Notes under the pieces: generated by a model | Databases searched by the model: none | What the model was told of the DNA's origin: nothing | Seen by the model: only the letters and a program-made list of their open reading frames with translations | Position numbers and translations under genes: made by a program | DNA from: a virus | Lineage: Duplodnaviria; Caudoviricetes | Virus record (IMG/VR): IMGVR_UViG_3300046170_000411 | Coordinates: 989 to 64,988 of that record | Direction: 5' to 3' (one strand) | DNA length: 64,000 bases | Shown: positions 32,855 to 43,935 of the stretch, piece after piece | Numbering within the stretch: position 1 is the first letter of the stretch | How the letters are laid out: each line of letters opens with the position of its first letter

Positions 32855-35800
32855 TTATTTAAAAGCCATATAGATGTATTCGCCTCCGTTTGCATTAATT
32901 CCTGTGTCAGTTGAAACTACTTCAAAACCATTAGATAGAAAATTAAATCCATTTCCGAGATTACCTACGGATTCTGATGCTGAACTATTAGGTACTAGAG
33001 CTAAATTAGTAGGGTTTGTAGTATTTCTTTTATTATCAAAAACAAGCCAATTATCTCCTGAATCAGTTCTTTTTACCATTAAAAAAGATGGCGTAAAACC
33101 TAATGTTACATTTGGGCCTGTACTTGAACCATTACCTGTATAACTCCCTATCTTACTATATCCTGCAACTGAATGCCAGCAGTAGGCGATGTAGTTTAAC
33201 CCACTTCCATTTGTATTAGCAATATTTCCTAATGTAAATAATGTACTTGATGGAGCAGTAGAATTAAACATATTATACGATGATTGCGACTCAGTTGCTC
33301 CAGAGGTGTTTAATTGTATATAATCAGAAGCACCAATGCCTGTGTGATATACAATCCAATTTAAAGAATTATCAATACCTTTAACTATTATCATTTCAGG
33401 AGGATTATCTAATCCGTGTCCTACTGTTGCTCCTGCAGTTGCATTACCTGTGTATTTCACAATACTAAACCCAGAATCTTTATTAGCACTAACATCTGAA
33501 TTAATGTCTCCTTGAGTGTTCTGGACTGCCTCTCCGCCAGCCTTGAATACCCAAGCCACATAGTCTTGATTTATTTGATGAGTTTCATAAGAAGCTGTAT
33601 AAGTTGGGTGTGTTGATGACCCCTCCGATAAAGTAAATCCGTTTGAATCAAAAGAACTTAAATACCCAGTGCTTCTTTGAAACTGCTGAGCATCTGTAGA
33701 ATCACTCCTAAGCCAATAACCAGCACCTCTTACAAAATCATATAATCCGTGAGAAGCAGCTAATGTTCTTGACTTTATCCAAACCAATCCTCCATTAGTT
33801 TCTAAATCAAACCCTACATTAGAAATATATTGAGTTCCACCATTCCCAGTATACAATACAGTCTTAAAGTTAGATGTATCTACTTCAGGTTTTTCGTTGT
33901 ATAGTTGTGTTACTTGGCTACTAGAAAGTGCAGATGAATAGATGCGTACTTGGTCTATTAAGCCGTTAAAATAATAAACTCTACTGCCAAACGCTCGTGC
34001 TACTCCAATGCCGAATTGAGTCATATCCCAAGAATCGGTATATGCACCGCTAAACACTTCTGTTCCGTTTTGATATATCTTTAACACACCACTTTCCCTT
34101 GCAAATACTGCGTGATTCCAAGTGTCTTGACTATAAGCAGTATCCCCCTTTTTAGTAACAGTATCATCTGTAACCATTAAAACTTTTGGGCTTACACTTC
34201 CGTTTGCGGCAAACCATTGTGTCGTTGTAGAAAACAACGCACCCTGTGAACTTCCTGAATTTTGATTAAACCAACAAGAAAAAGTAAAATCTCCTGTTCC
34301 AATACTTGGCAAATAATTACTCGTTATATAGCTACTACTACCATTAAACACCGCTGCTTGACCATACCTTCCAAACCTGTATTCAATGTTTGATTCAGTA
34401 CCGTCGTAAGCATACGTTATATTAGCGTCTGTTCCGTTATAGTTACCAGATAAATCTGTAGAATTACCATCTAATTGATATGTTGCAATTGCTGTTTTAC
34501 CAGATGGGAAAGACAGTGTGCTAGTATCACTAACTGTTTCAGCGTATAAATTTGATACATCTGTGGAATCTAATGCTGTATTATATATTCTTACTTGGTC
34601 TATTTCTCCATCAAAGTAGCCGTCCAAAGCATTTCTATTGCCAATGTAAGGAACGCTTTCAGCGTTAACCCAATTACTCATTGATTCGGCTTTTTGAACT
34701 CCATTTACATATAAAGTTGAAGAGCTACTTGTAAATGTTCCTGCTATATGATTCCAGTTAGACGCATTTGATATTGTCCAAGCCACCCCGTTGCTATTAC
34801 TACCAGAGGCATATTGAATATTTAGCTTTCCATTATAAATAAAAATAGCAAAATTATTATTATCAAAAACTTGTATAAATTGACTTGAAGATGTATTATT
34901 TATTTTAATCCACATACTAAAAGATGTAGTTGTAGTAGCACCAACAGTTCCTGATATATAACTACTACTTCCATTAAACCTTGCTCCCTCGTTAAACTTA
35001 CCAGTTGACCTAGCTGAGTCTTTACTATTATTGTCTAATTTATAATATGCAGTATTAGCAATTGGGTAAGCAACGTTATCTGTAGTCGATGTATAAGTAC
35101 AAGCTATTTCTCCTGCACCATTGCCATAAAGTTTACCAACTTCTGCAGTTGATAACGCTTTAGAGAATACTCTTAATTGGTCAATCTCACCTGAAAACTT
35201 TGTAGATGCCCTGCCCCCTATCCAACTATTAGCGGTTGATGTCCCTGTTGATGATGGTATAGTGCCATCATAAGTTAAAGTTCTTTCTGTGCCTTGTATG
35301 TATGTTTTAAGTCTGTTGGAGTTTCCTGTTGCACTACCATCAAAAACCATAACAATATGAACCCATTCATCTGTTGTGTATATGCCTGAATTGCTTATAT
35401 AACCTCTGTTTGCTGATGTTGATGCATCTGGTTGAAAATATATACTCCCATTACCAAAATCATAAAAACCTACATTACCACCTGCTCCTGATTCGCTATT
35501 ATAAAAAATAAAGTTTTGTGTGTTAAGGTTAGCAAAATTAACCCAAGTAGAAACGCTAAAAGCAGACTTACTGCCTAATAATGATGTCCCTAAGTCTATA
35601 TAACTACTGCTCCCATTAAACCTTGCACCATAGTCTGATTTGCCTCCAACGCCAAAGTCTACTGCTGTCGGGGTTCCGTCATATCTATATGTTATATCTG
35701 TTTCTGTACCATCATAAGCCGTGGTACCCATAGACTCTTTTGCACTACCATCAAGATTATAATTTGCAATACATCCAAATAAATGTGTGCCTACAGTTGA

Positions 35801-36457
35801 ATTGTTTTCTTGATATAATTGGGTAACTTGAGATTGTGTAAGTGTGGAATCATATATTCTTACTTGGTCTATTTTGCCATTGAAGTAATTATCCCCCCCA
35901 TCGTGCCTACCAATAGTAACATTTCTTGATATGCTTGAAGGTGCTTTTGCAGTACCTGTTGTAGAAGAACCTTCTTCTGTTCCATTAATGTATAATTTTG
36001 AAAGATTTGGTTCTACAGTAAATAAAATGTGATGCCAATTTCCGTCATTAATGGTTGAGGTTGATGTGATATCTCTTGCAGAAGGATTAGAAGTAGATGT
36101 TCTAAAACTTATTGTACCATCAGAAAGATTCCTTACCCTAAAAATATCTGTAGAATCTATACCATCCCCTAAATATTTTGATATTAAATAAGAAGCTGAT
36201 GTACTTGTAGTGTTTACCCAAAAGCTAATAGAATAGTTAGCGGTTGTAATTCCTGAGGTTGGGTCTCCTAAATTTATATAACTACTACTACCATTAAATA
36301 TAGCAGCTTCACCAAATTTACCTGAAGCACCTCCAGCGTCTGACGCATCATAATCTAAACCATACAGGGCTACGCCACTTCCGTCTTTAAATATATCTGT
36401 CGTATCTGTAAAACACGGACGTGAAAACGTATTAATTAATTGTGATGTTCCTATCAT
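32855..36457 (-). CDS. Tail/receptor-binding protein with four LamG (concanavalin A-like) repeats
   Basis: Four FNGSSSYI...W.H...F.G.IDQVRIY repeats followed by a YTGNG/GHGL..PEMIIVK/YIAYCWHSVAGYSKIGSYTGNG domain. Confidence 0.85.
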   Translation of the reverse strand: MIGTSQLINTFSRPCFTDTTDIFKDGSGVALYGLDYDASDAGGASGKFGEAAIFNGSSSYINLGDPTSGITTANYSISFWVNTTSTSASYLISKYLGDGIDSTDIFRVRNLSDGTISFRTSTSNPSARDITSTSTINDGNWHHILFTVEPNLSKLYINGTEEGSSTTGTAKAPSSISRNVTIGRHDGGDNYFNGKIDQVRIYDSTLTQSQVTQLYQENNSTVGTHLFGCIANYNLDGSAKESMGTTAYDGTETDITYRYDGTPTAVDFGVGGKSDYGARFNGSSSYIDLGTSLLGSKSAFSVSTWVNFANLNTQNFIFYNSESGAGGNVGFYDFGNGSIYFQPDASTSANRGYISNSGIYTTDEWVHIVMVFDGSATGNSNRLKTYIQGTERTLTYDGTIPSSTGTSTANSWIGGRASTKFSGEIDQLRVFSKALSTAEVGKLYGNGAGEIACTYTSTTDNVAYPIANTAYYKLDNNSKDSARSTGKFNEGARFNGSSSYISGTVGATTTTSFSMWIKINNTSSSQFIQVFDNNNFAIFIYNGKLNIQYASGSNSNGVAWTISNASNWNHIAGTFTSSSSTLYVNGVQKAESMSNWVNAESVPYIGNRNALDGYFDGEIDQVRIYNTALDSTDVSNLYAETVSDTSTLSFPSGKTAIATYQLDGNSTDLSGNYNGTDANITYAYDGTESNIEYRFGRYGQAAVFNGSSSYITSNYLPSIGTGDFTFSCWFNQNSGSSQGALFSTTTQWFAANGSVSPKVLMVTDDTVTKKGDTAYSQDTWNHAVFARESGVLKIYQNGTEVFSGAYTDSWDMTQFGIGVARAFGSRVYYFNGLIDQVRIYSSALSSSQVTQLYNEKPEVDTSNFKTVLYTGNGGTQYISNVGFDLETNGGLVWIKSRTLAASHGLYDFVRGAGYWLRSDSTDAQQFQRSTGYLSSFDSNGFTLSEGSSTHPTYTASYETHQINQDYVAWVFKAGGEAVQNTQGDINSDVSANKDSGFSIVKYTGNATAGATVGHGLDNPPEMIIVKGIDNSLNWIVYHTGIGASDYIQLNTSGATESQSSYNMFNSTAPSSTLFTLGNIANTNGSGLNYIAYCWHSVAGYSKIGSYTGNGSSTGPNVTLGFTPSFLMVKRTDSGDNWLVFDNKRNTTNPTNLALVPNSSASESVGNLGNGFNFLSNGFEVVSTDTGINANGGEYIYMAFK

Positions 36458-36756
36458 AACCAGGGAAAACTACTTGTTTCAGTACCTTTATTTAAATTAA
36501 ATTTTTGTTGTATTTCGCTTTGAGCAAAATCTTCTCTTATACCGTCTTTATACCAGTTAACTAAATTTTCTTCTGTTAACTCTTGGTATTCTATAAAAGA
36601 ACCTTCAGAAGGCATGTCTAATAATATTTCATTATCCACATAATTCGATTCGCCGCCCTCTGTACCGGTAATACGTATTTTAAAACTTTTTATATTGTTT
36701 AAAAAATTATCGTTATGTTTTTTTAACGACAATATTTGATATGTATATGAAATCAT
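36454..36756 (-). CDS. Small tail-associated protein/chaperone
   Basis: FIEYQELTEE..V.W motif and C-terminal PW; located within the fibre cluster. Confidence 0.5.
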   Translation of the reverse strand: MISYTYQILSLKKHNDNFLNNIKSFKIRITGTEGGESNYVDNEILLDMPSEGSFIEYQELTEENLVNWYKDGIREDFAQSEIQQKFNLNKGTETSSFPWL

Positions 36757-36759
36757 GAT

Positions 36760-37335
36760 TTATGAATATGCTGTTACTGTTAATAAAGGAACATCTAAAA
36801 ATGGGTATCCGGAGCTAGTTCCGTCGCGCCAAGTAGTCCAGTGGGCTCTTGCTTCATAACTTGAGTCATACTCTCTAGCCATTACTTTTATATTTTTAGC
36901 CCCCGTCCAATCTGATTTTAATATTTTTCCATCTGTATAGTCTGTAGAGCTAACAGTTAAATCAAAAACCCAATTTATATAAACTAAATGATGACCATGA
37001 TTACTAGACCCATAGCTACTTGCATTGGTAACAAAAGCGCTATTTACTTCGTAGCCATCAAAATACAAATTCCAATGGCATATACCACTAAGGTCATGTG
37101 CCGCCCACTTCGCAATATACTCATAGTGTACATAATTAGTGCCATCAGGCAGTATATAGTCTATGGAGCTACCCTGCATATCTTGGTAACTTGTAGTTAG
37201 GCTTATTGCAGAAGCTGTTCCCATAGTATAACTATTAGTAACCCCATACACAGTTCTGCCATCACCAATACCACATATCATTTCTAAAGTATTATTAGAA
37301 GAAACTGCTGGAAATAAATCTGTAAAGTTACTCAT
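36760..37335 (-). CDS. Tail-tip/receptor-binding paralog 3 of 3
   Basis: MSNFTDLFPA..LE...DGR, GSSIDY, GICH, WVFDLT, IKVMAREY. Confidence 0.6.
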   Translation of the reverse strand: MSNFTDLFPAVSSNNTLEMICGIGDGRTVYGVTNSYTMGTASAISLTTSYQDMQGSSIDYILPDGTNYVHYEYIAKWAAHDLSGICHWNLYFDGYEVNSAFVTNASSYGSSNHGHHLVYINWVFDLTVSSTDYTDGKILKSDWTGAKNIKVMAREYDSSYEARAHWTTWRDGTSSGYPFLDVPLLTVTAYS

Positions 37336-37933
37336 ATTTGAATGCTGTTATTTTTATCATAGGCTGTAGGTATTGAAATTCGCCGGAAGCACCTGTGCCA
37401 CCTCTCCAAATATTAGTATGAATAGTAGCTCTATAATACGGAGAGCTATAATCTCTTGCCATTACTTTTATTTCTTTAGGTGTTGTCCACCCCGCGAGCT
37501 TCCCGTTTGATATATCATCGCTGTATGCTGTTAAATCAAAAACAAATTCTATATATTGTGTAAAGGATGCGTGATTATTAGAGTGGCTACCACTGTAATT
37601 ACCAGCTACGTTTTTTTGTGCACGAGCAACTCGGGTTCCGTCTAAATACAAAGCAATATGGTGTATTCCAGATGATCCATAATTTATATCGTGGGAATCA
37701 GATTTGTAAGAAAACTTATAAGAAACATAATTTGCTTCTGCAGGGGGTGTATATGTAATACTACTTCCTGTTACATCAGCATAACTCGTACTTAAAGTTT
37801 GTCTTGCTGTAACGTTACCAAACGTGTAAGTTCCAGAAGGCACTGTAACAGACCTTCCGTCTGCAATCCCGACTAAAGTTTCTAATATTGAATTAGAAGC
37901 GGGGGCCGGAAATAAATCTGTTAAATTACCCAT
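37328..37933 (-). CDS. Tail-tip/receptor-binding paralog 2 of 3
   Basis: MGNLTDLFPA..LE...DGR, GSSITYTPP, GIHH, FVFDLT, IKVMARDY. Confidence 0.6.
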   Translation of the reverse strand: MGNLTDLFPAPASNSILETLVGIADGRSVTVPSGTYTFGNVTARQTLSTSYADVTGSSITYTPPAEANYVSYKFSYKSDSHDINYGSSGIHHIALYLDGTRVARAQKNVAGNYSGSHSNNHASFTQYIEFVFDLTAYSDDISNGKLAGWTTPKEIKVMARDYSSPYYRATIHTNIWRGGTGASGEFQYLQPMIKITAFKYE

Positions 37934-38517
37934 TATTTCAAAGCTATTATTGTTAATGAAGGTATAGTATAAGTATCGTTGCCCGTTGCGCCACCACCAT
38001 TATAATATTGATTATAATTAACAGCAACACCGTAAGTACTATTATATCTTCTAAACTTTACCTGTATTGTTTTATTTGAAGTCCAATTTGCAAATTCTCC
38101 ATTAGCTGCATTATCTGAACTTGCTGTTAAATCAAAAACCCAATACATACTTTCGTTTCGGCCGCCGTGCGTATGGCCATGGTTTCCTGAATAGTTTTCA
38201 GAAAAAGTTTTATTTGAATTTGTTATTCTGGTGCCATCAACATCTACATAAAAATGTGAAATACCAGAAGAGCCAATAGAGTGCCATTTAAAATCAAATT
38301 TATAAAGTACCGATCGTGCATCTTCCGGTGGGGTATATGCTATTAAACTGCCCGGTGCTTTTTGGTAAGAAGTTGTGGCGCTTGTTGTGCCCGTAACGTT
38401 TTCTAATGTATAAGTACCTGAGCCAACAGTTATACTTCTACCATCAGCTGAGCCTTGTATAATTTCTAATATATTACTGGATGTAGCTGCTGGAAAAGAA
38501 TCTGTTAGATTACCCAT
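37933..38517 (-). CDS. Tail-tip/receptor-binding paralog 1 of 3
   Basis: MGNLTDSFPA..LE...DGR, GSLIAYTPP, GISH, WVFDLT. Confidence 0.6.
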   Translation of the reverse strand: MGNLTDSFPAATSSNILEIIQGSADGRSITVGSGTYTLENVTGTTSATTSYQKAPGSLIAYTPPEDARSVLYKFDFKWHSIGSSGISHFYVDVDGTRITNSNKTFSENYSGNHGHTHGGRNESMYWVFDLTASSDNAANGEFANWTSNKTIQVKFRRYNSTYGVAVNYNQYYNGGGATGNDTYTIPSLTIIALK

Positions 38518-38518
38518 A

Positions 38519-41500
38519 TTATTGTCCTATTATTACCCAGCCGTTTGTTGCGTCAGAGTATATTAATTCAAAACTTGCAGATGCTGTATCTAATGTTAAA
38601 TCAGATGCACTACCCATTATATTACTACCATTTCTTGCAAGCACACAAGTTGCAACGCCAGATCTATTTGAAATCTTTATAGAGTCACCTGAGCTTGGGC
38701 TGGCTGGCAGTGTTAGTGTAAGGTTTGCTGTAAGTACATAAACTGAATTTGCAACAGCTGTTGTGCTTGTATTTACTACATATACAGTCGGCGCTGTATA
38801 TGTATCAAAAGTTACAGCTCCTGTTTGGCCGTTAACACTTACTACAGGACTTGTTGTTAAGTTTGCACCTGACACAGATATTACTTCAACTGTTTCACCA
38901 ACTTCAGCGCCTTCTGTTAATACTATTCTAGTAGGACTAGTTAGTAAGCTGTAATTTGCTTTAGCTTGGTATACGCCCTGTACAAAGACCATTGTAAGCT
39001 CTTTCGCGCTTGGCGTACCGTTTGTTAAAGTAAAACTAGTTTGATCTGCAGTGGCTGTAAATGAATCTGAAACTAAATTTGTAGCTACAGCATTAACAGC
39101 AGCAGGAGCAATAGTTCCTGTTGTTTTAACTTCTACATAAGCACCAGTGTCTGGAGCGTCTGTAAATGTTATTTGTGACCCAGCAATGCTATAAGCATTT
39201 TTCTGCTGGTATACACCGTCTATATATACATCTGTATTATTTTCGCTTGTGGGCGCAGTACCTAAAGGTGAAAACTGTGTAGTTGATCCATCACCTGTAA
39301 ACTGGTCTACGAATACAGAACCAACTTCTGTTATACTCGCAACAGTTGTAGTATGAACAACGTGTACATTGTTTGTACCTAATGCAGGAATTGAGCCTGC
39401 GGCAAAAGTAACATTTGCACCACTTACCGTATAGTTTGATGGATATTGATATACACCACTTACGTATACAGATATATTATCAATGTCTTCAATAGTGTCT
39501 GACAGTGTGAATGTAGCTTGAGATCCAGTACCACTAAACGTTTCTTTTACTATTTCTCCACTTCCACCGCCTGAGCCCGCTATTGCGCCCCAAGCACCAT
39601 CTGCATAACCTTCAAATTGAGCATCCTCAGAATTATACCTTAGCATACCGTTTGCAGCAGTAGGTCTTTGTGCTGTAGTTCCCGCTGGAACTTGAATAGC
39701 ATCTGTATCATTTATGTCAAGAGAAACAGAAGGGCTCGTAGTTCCTATACCTACGTTGCCTGCATTTGATATATTTAAAGGTGTAGCTTGGGCAGCATAA
39801 CCACCTAATCCTAAATAAGAATTACCATCAGCTAAAATATGAAAATAATCTCCACCAATAAAATCACCGTCTACTCCATCTAAAAATATTGCGGCTCCGT
39901 TGCTAAACTCTTGTAATGCTATAGAACTAGAGCCATCTGTTACTTCGAATTTAGCACTAGGGCTAGTGGTGCCTATTCCAACTTTGCCAGAGGAATCTAT
40001 ACGCATTGCTTCGGTTGTGCCTACTTCAAATCTTAATTCCCTTGCAGTTAAAGAACCATCCTGTTTACCTGCTTTAACAAATGCAGAAGTGGAATCACCT
40101 CCAATAGAAACCATTGACTCATTAGCTGTTAGGCTTCTTGCTATTATTTCTCCTCCAACTAAAAGTTTTGTGTCATAATTAGCGTTAAAGTTCCCTGAAA
40201 CAATATCACCTATTCCTACTCGACCTGAGGAGTCTATGCGCATTCTTTCAGTAGGCGTAGATGAATTTGCGCCTGTGCCAAAAATAAAGTTTCCGCTTCC
40301 ATCATTATGTATTCTACTATCTAAACCTCCAGAGTGTACAGAAAATAATATTTCAGGAGTTGATGATGAGATTTGCAATCTACCTTCAAATAAAGACTCA
40401 CCAACTGCGTGTAAAGTAGCAGCAGGGCTCGAAGTTCCTATTCCTAGCCTGTCATTAGTCGTATCCCAATGCAGATTAGTATCTTGGGTAAGTGCACTTC
40501 CACTAGACCAAATAGCTAATTTATTGGCAGCACCACTTCCTGATATACCGGCTTGGTTTTCCCAATTACCAGTTGAACTATTATATTGTAATATTTCATC
40601 ATTGGCTACACCGGTTATATTTACGTCGGTTAGGTCGTTTATTGCAGAATCTGCAGCAACTCCGCCTAAATTAGTAGCTGATAAACTTCTAAATATACCA
40701 CCAGTTAATATTTTAGCTTGAGAAGAATTACCTAAATCTGTGGCGTTACCCTTTACTATTAGCGCGCCAAGGTATATAGCTTGGCTAGAGGTATTGTCTG
40801 CTTCTTGAAAATCTTCTAATAAGTAATTTTTTTCAGCCTCATCAATACTCGCGTACTCAGCTTTACCGTAATACGCAACTATTACATTTGTATTATTAGG
40901 AAAATGAAATAATCTTTGCGCAGTATATTGGCCAGCCGAAGCGGTTGTTAGAGTTCCGCTATTGTCGTATTTTGTAGGATCTATTGATGTATACCCTGCA
41001 CCTGCTGTTCCATCGTCTTTTGTAAAGCCCGAAGCTGTACTAGAATATCTGTGGAATGCGGGAGTGCTTGCTACATCGGAAACTAAGTTAGGTTCTTCTG
41101 CGTCTACTTGGTAGTTCCTACCAACACCAAAAGAAATACCAGCTGCCCTATCAAGTGCTAGCGTATTGGTGCTATTTACGGTAAGTAAATGCCCTGATTT
41201 TTTTAATGGACCAAATATTTCTACAAACTCTGCAAACGTATTGCCATTTGAATAAGATGGCCTAGGGAATGTTTTTACAAATCTAATTACGTTACTAGAA
41301 TGTATTACAGATCCCAGTACTATATTACTTCTCCATAGAGCAGGAGAAGGCGTGGTTAAAGTCTGCTGGATGTTTCCAGAAGAATCAACATATACCCATG
41401 TGTTTAATTGATTAGCATCGCCTGCGTTGCCTAAAGTATGCGTGACTGTTGTGGCAGACCACGAAACTTTTTTAATTTCTGGATGCGGGTCAGAATTATC

Positions 41501-43228
41501 TTTGTTAAGTATATTAATAACACCGTCCCCAGCTGCAACGTCAAATGTCGTGGATGTATTTGTAGACAGTACACCTCCGTTTAATATTCCAGTTGGTATG
41601 TTTTCGGTTAAGTAATCAATACTTAAATCATGGCCATGGTATCGGAAATGCAAAGTATCGTGTCCGTCTTCTGTAGTGTAGTATATACCATTATCAAAAG
41701 TAGGAGTTGTAGATTGAGCCGTTATAAGCTCAATAGTGTCATCTACTTGTATACTATTAAAATCTACATCGTCAGTCGTAGCTAAACCTTGATCTATAGC
41801 TTTTACAGCCGCTTCGTCAGTAAGTTCTGAGTCCATCAAAGCTCCCGCTGCAGTTACATTAGCTGTATCAGTTACATCGGCATTAGGCTCAATGCCATCT
41901 AGTTTTGTTTTATCGCCGTCTACAAAAGGCCCTTCCACAGGAGGCTGTTGAGCACTGTCAGCTTTTGCACCCTGCGCCGCTGTTGCATAGTCCGCAGTAT
42001 CAAATGCTTTTACTTGAGCTAAGTTGGTTACTTCCGAATCCATTAAAGCACCAGCCGCCGTTACATTTGCAGTGTCAGTAACATCAGCAGAGTCTTCAAT
42101 TCCCCCTAGCTTTGTTCTTTCTGCGGAAGTTATAACAGCGCCCGAACCAGCTGATGTAACGTCGTTAAGCTCAGTTACACTATGAATAGTTAGGTTTGTT
42201 AAGTCAGACGGTTTGTTTTGAATAAACGCGTCACTTCCTGTGTTGGCTTCGCTCCAGTTAGACTGCACATTAACTTCAGCCGACGCGGCTATACCATTTA
42301 ATTTAGTAAGTAAAGCTGTAGTAAAATCTTCAGTTGATAAACCTTTACCAACCTCTGTATTTTGTTTTGCGTCTAAAGCCGCTTGAAGTCCAGATATATT
42401 ACTTATGCCTAAATTATCTAAAGTATCTCTATTAGCTTCTATATAGTCTACAACCTCTTGCAGGCTATCTAAATCAACATTATCACTTGTTAAAAGTGTA
42501 TTAATGCCGTCTATTAAATCTTTTAATACTTTACCTTGATTAGCAGACAAGGGCACGTCAGCAGCTGTAGACGTTACATTATCTACTACGTCTGCATGTA
42601 AAAGCCCGTTAGCAGTAAAGTTATTTAAACTTTGTCTTTCTGCTGTTGTTATAATTTCGCCAGATCCAGCATTACTTACATCACTGAACTCTGTTACAGA
42701 ATCATCAGAAAAGTCTTGATCGAATACAGCAGAATAATTAGAAACAAAGTATTCTTCGTTTGCTACTATATTGCCATTATTAACACGGGGAGTTACAGTT
42801 AAAAGCTTATAAGCTCCACCATCATGATCAGCTACAGCTGTTACTTCTAAAACACCATATGTATCAATATTGGTTTTCTGAACTATTCTAATAAAACTAT
42901 TTAATGTGTCATCTAAATAGTTAGCTATAGAATTGCCATGCTTATCTAATACGGATATATATATTTGGCTAATACCACTAAATGGCGAATTAGCCGCAGC
43001 GCCTGCGTTGAGGTTTATAACACCTCTTGGATTTGTTGATCCAGCTTCGTAGCTTTTAAAGGAGTATGATACTCCGTCAAAAACATTAACCAGGTCTTCG
43101 CTATTAACAAGGCCTATCATAGAATCAATAGTATAATTCTTAGTAGCGCCAGTAGCACTGTCAGTACCGACTACTTTATCTAGCTTGTTTAGAGTGCCGT
43201 CCTGATCGTACTGTGATATTCTAGCCAT
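38519..43228 (-). CDS. Long tail fibre protein
   Basis: PLSANQGKVLK, GKGLSTEDFT, duplicated KL.GIE..ADVTDTANVTAAGALMDSE, ERMRIDSSG.VGIGTTSP repeats, GTTAQRP, three V.GVYQ...Y repeats, C-terminal LTLPASPSSGD...GWV. Confidence 0.85.
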   Translation of the reverse strand: MARISQYDQDGTLNKLDKVVGTDSATGATKNYTIDSMIGLVNSEDLVNVFDGVSYSFKSYEAGSTNPRGVINLNAGAAANSPFSGISQIYISVLDKHGNSIANYLDDTLNSFIRIVQKTNIDTYGVLEVTAVADHDGGAYKLLTVTPRVNNGNIVANEEYFVSNYSAVFDQDFSDDSVTEFSDVSNAGSGEIITTAERQSLNNFTANGLLHADVVDNVTSTAADVPLSANQGKVLKDLIDGINTLLTSDNVDLDSLQEVVDYIEANRDTLDNLGISNISGLQAALDAKQNTEVGKGLSTEDFTTALLTKLNGIAASAEVNVQSNWSEANTGSDAFIQNKPSDLTNLTIHSVTELNDVTSAGSGAVITSAERTKLGGIEDSADVTDTANVTAAGALMDSEVTNLAQVKAFDTADYATAAQGAKADSAQQPPVEGPFVDGDKTKLDGIEPNADVTDTANVTAAGALMDSELTDEAAVKAIDQGLATTDDVDFNSIQVDDTIELITAQSTTPTFDNGIYYTTEDGHDTLHFRYHGHDLSIDYLTENIPTGILNGGVLSTNTSTTFDVAAGDGVINILNKDNSDPHPEIKKVSWSATTVTHTLGNAGDANQLNTWVYVDSSGNIQQTLTTPSPALWRSNIVLGSVIHSSNVIRFVKTFPRPSYSNGNTFAEFVEIFGPLKKSGHLLTVNSTNTLALDRAAGISFGVGRNYQVDAEEPNLVSDVASTPAFHRYSSTASGFTKDDGTAGAGYTSIDPTKYDNSGTLTTASAGQYTAQRLFHFPNNTNVIVAYYGKAEYASIDEAEKNYLLEDFQEADNTSSQAIYLGALIVKGNATDLGNSSQAKILTGGIFRSLSATNLGGVAADSAINDLTDVNITGVANDEILQYNSSTGNWENQAGISGSGAANKLAIWSSGSALTQDTNLHWDTTNDRLGIGTSSPAATLHAVGESLFEGRLQISSSTPEILFSVHSGGLDSRIHNDGSGNFIFGTGANSSTPTERMRIDSSGRVGIGDIVSGNFNANYDTKLLVGGEIIARSLTANESMVSIGGDSTSAFVKAGKQDGSLTARELRFEVGTTEAMRIDSSGKVGIGTTSPSAKFEVTDGSSSIALQEFSNGAAIFLDGVDGDFIGGDYFHILADGNSYLGLGGYAAQATPLNISNAGNVGIGTTSPSVSLDINDTDAIQVPAGTTAQRPTAANGMLRYNSEDAQFEGYADGAWGAIAGSGGGSGEIVKETFSGTGSQATFTLSDTIEDIDNISVYVSGVYQYPSNYTVSGANVTFAAGSIPALGTNNVHVVHTTTVASITEVGSVFVDQFTGDGSTTQFSPLGTAPTSENNTDVYIDGVYQQKNAYSIAGSQITFTDAPDTGAYVEVKTTGTIAPAAVNAVATNLVSDSFTATADQTSFTLTNGTPSAKELTMVFVQGVYQAKANYSLLTSPTRIVLTEGAEVGETVEVISVSGANLTTSPVVSVNGQTGAVTFDTYTAPTVYVVNTSTTAVANSVYVLTANLTLTLPASPSSGDSIKISNRSGVATCVLARNGSNIMGSASDLTLDTASASFELIYSDATNGWVIIGQ

Positions 43229-43675
43229 TTATAGTTTATCTTTGTTAAATTTATCTATTGCGTTTGAATATACTTTATCTACATAAGTTTTGCGTTTTCC
43301 AAAACCGCGTTTAGCAGATAAAGGCATATCTTCTTCACCTATTAATATTTTATATATTCTATTAATAAGTCTTTTGCCTTTGAAAGATACTTTGTATTTA
43401 TTGTGATCGCCTAAACGACCGTTACCTTTATGTATCTTTTCTACCCACTCTTCTCTCTGTAAACGATAAAATCTTTGCCTATCCCAATGATAGTACATAG
43501 TACCGTTTTGAAAGTCTTTTATAGTAAAGTATTTGATGGGGTCTAAATAAAATAACAATTCTAAATCTGATATTGATATATTGTTTTCTTTACAAGCCCA
43601 GCGAGACACAAGCCTGTAATATTTAAGAAAGTCAACTTTTAGTTCGCCTCGCTCTAAAAAATCGCTTCTATCCAT
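43229..43675 (-). CDS. Hypothetical protein, possible winged-helix DNA-binding fold
   Basis: DLELLFYL...RF.RL...W.....Y.VS.KGK.LI pattern resembling MarR-like winged helices. Confidence 0.4.
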   Translation of the reverse strand: MDRSDFLERGELKVDFLKYYRLVSRWACKENNISISDLELLFYLDPIKYFTIKDFQNGTMYYHWDRQRFYRLQREEWVEKIHKGNGRLGDHNKYKVSFKGKRLINRIYKILIGEEDMPLSAKRGFGKRKTYVDKVYSNAIDKFNKDKL

Positions 43676-43935
43676 TACAATACTATTATAACATCTTGCT
43701 CTTGTATAACTTTATAAATATCTTTACCAATTTCTATATTATGCCCAGCATGTCTGTCATAATATATTTTGTCATTTACATTTACACCCTCTACCGCTGT
43801 ACCTACAGAAATAACATCTGCAGTGCGGTATCTTATATCTTCGCGGTGGTTTTCCGCAAGTAGCAGCCCACCGTCTGTTTTCTTTATGTCTTCTTTTATT
43901 TCAGAAATAATAATGTATCTACCTATTGCCTTCAT
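43675..43935 (-). CDS. groES: Co-chaperonin GroES
   Basis: KT.GGLLL mobile loop, VISVG..V..V...DKIYY, I.EQDVI; adjacent to groEL. Confidence 0.85.
   Translation of the reverse strand: MKAIGRYIIISEIKEDIKKTDGGLLLAENHREDIRYRTADVISVGTAVEGVNVNDKIYYDRHAGHNIEIGKDIYKVIQEQDVIIVL

Noticed and set aside
32855-43228. Diversity-generating retroelement or invertible tail-fibre cassette
   Set aside because: No reverse transcriptase or recombinase, no adenine-specific TR/VR pair, all paralogs co-oriented; the DNA repeats reflect protein domain repeats
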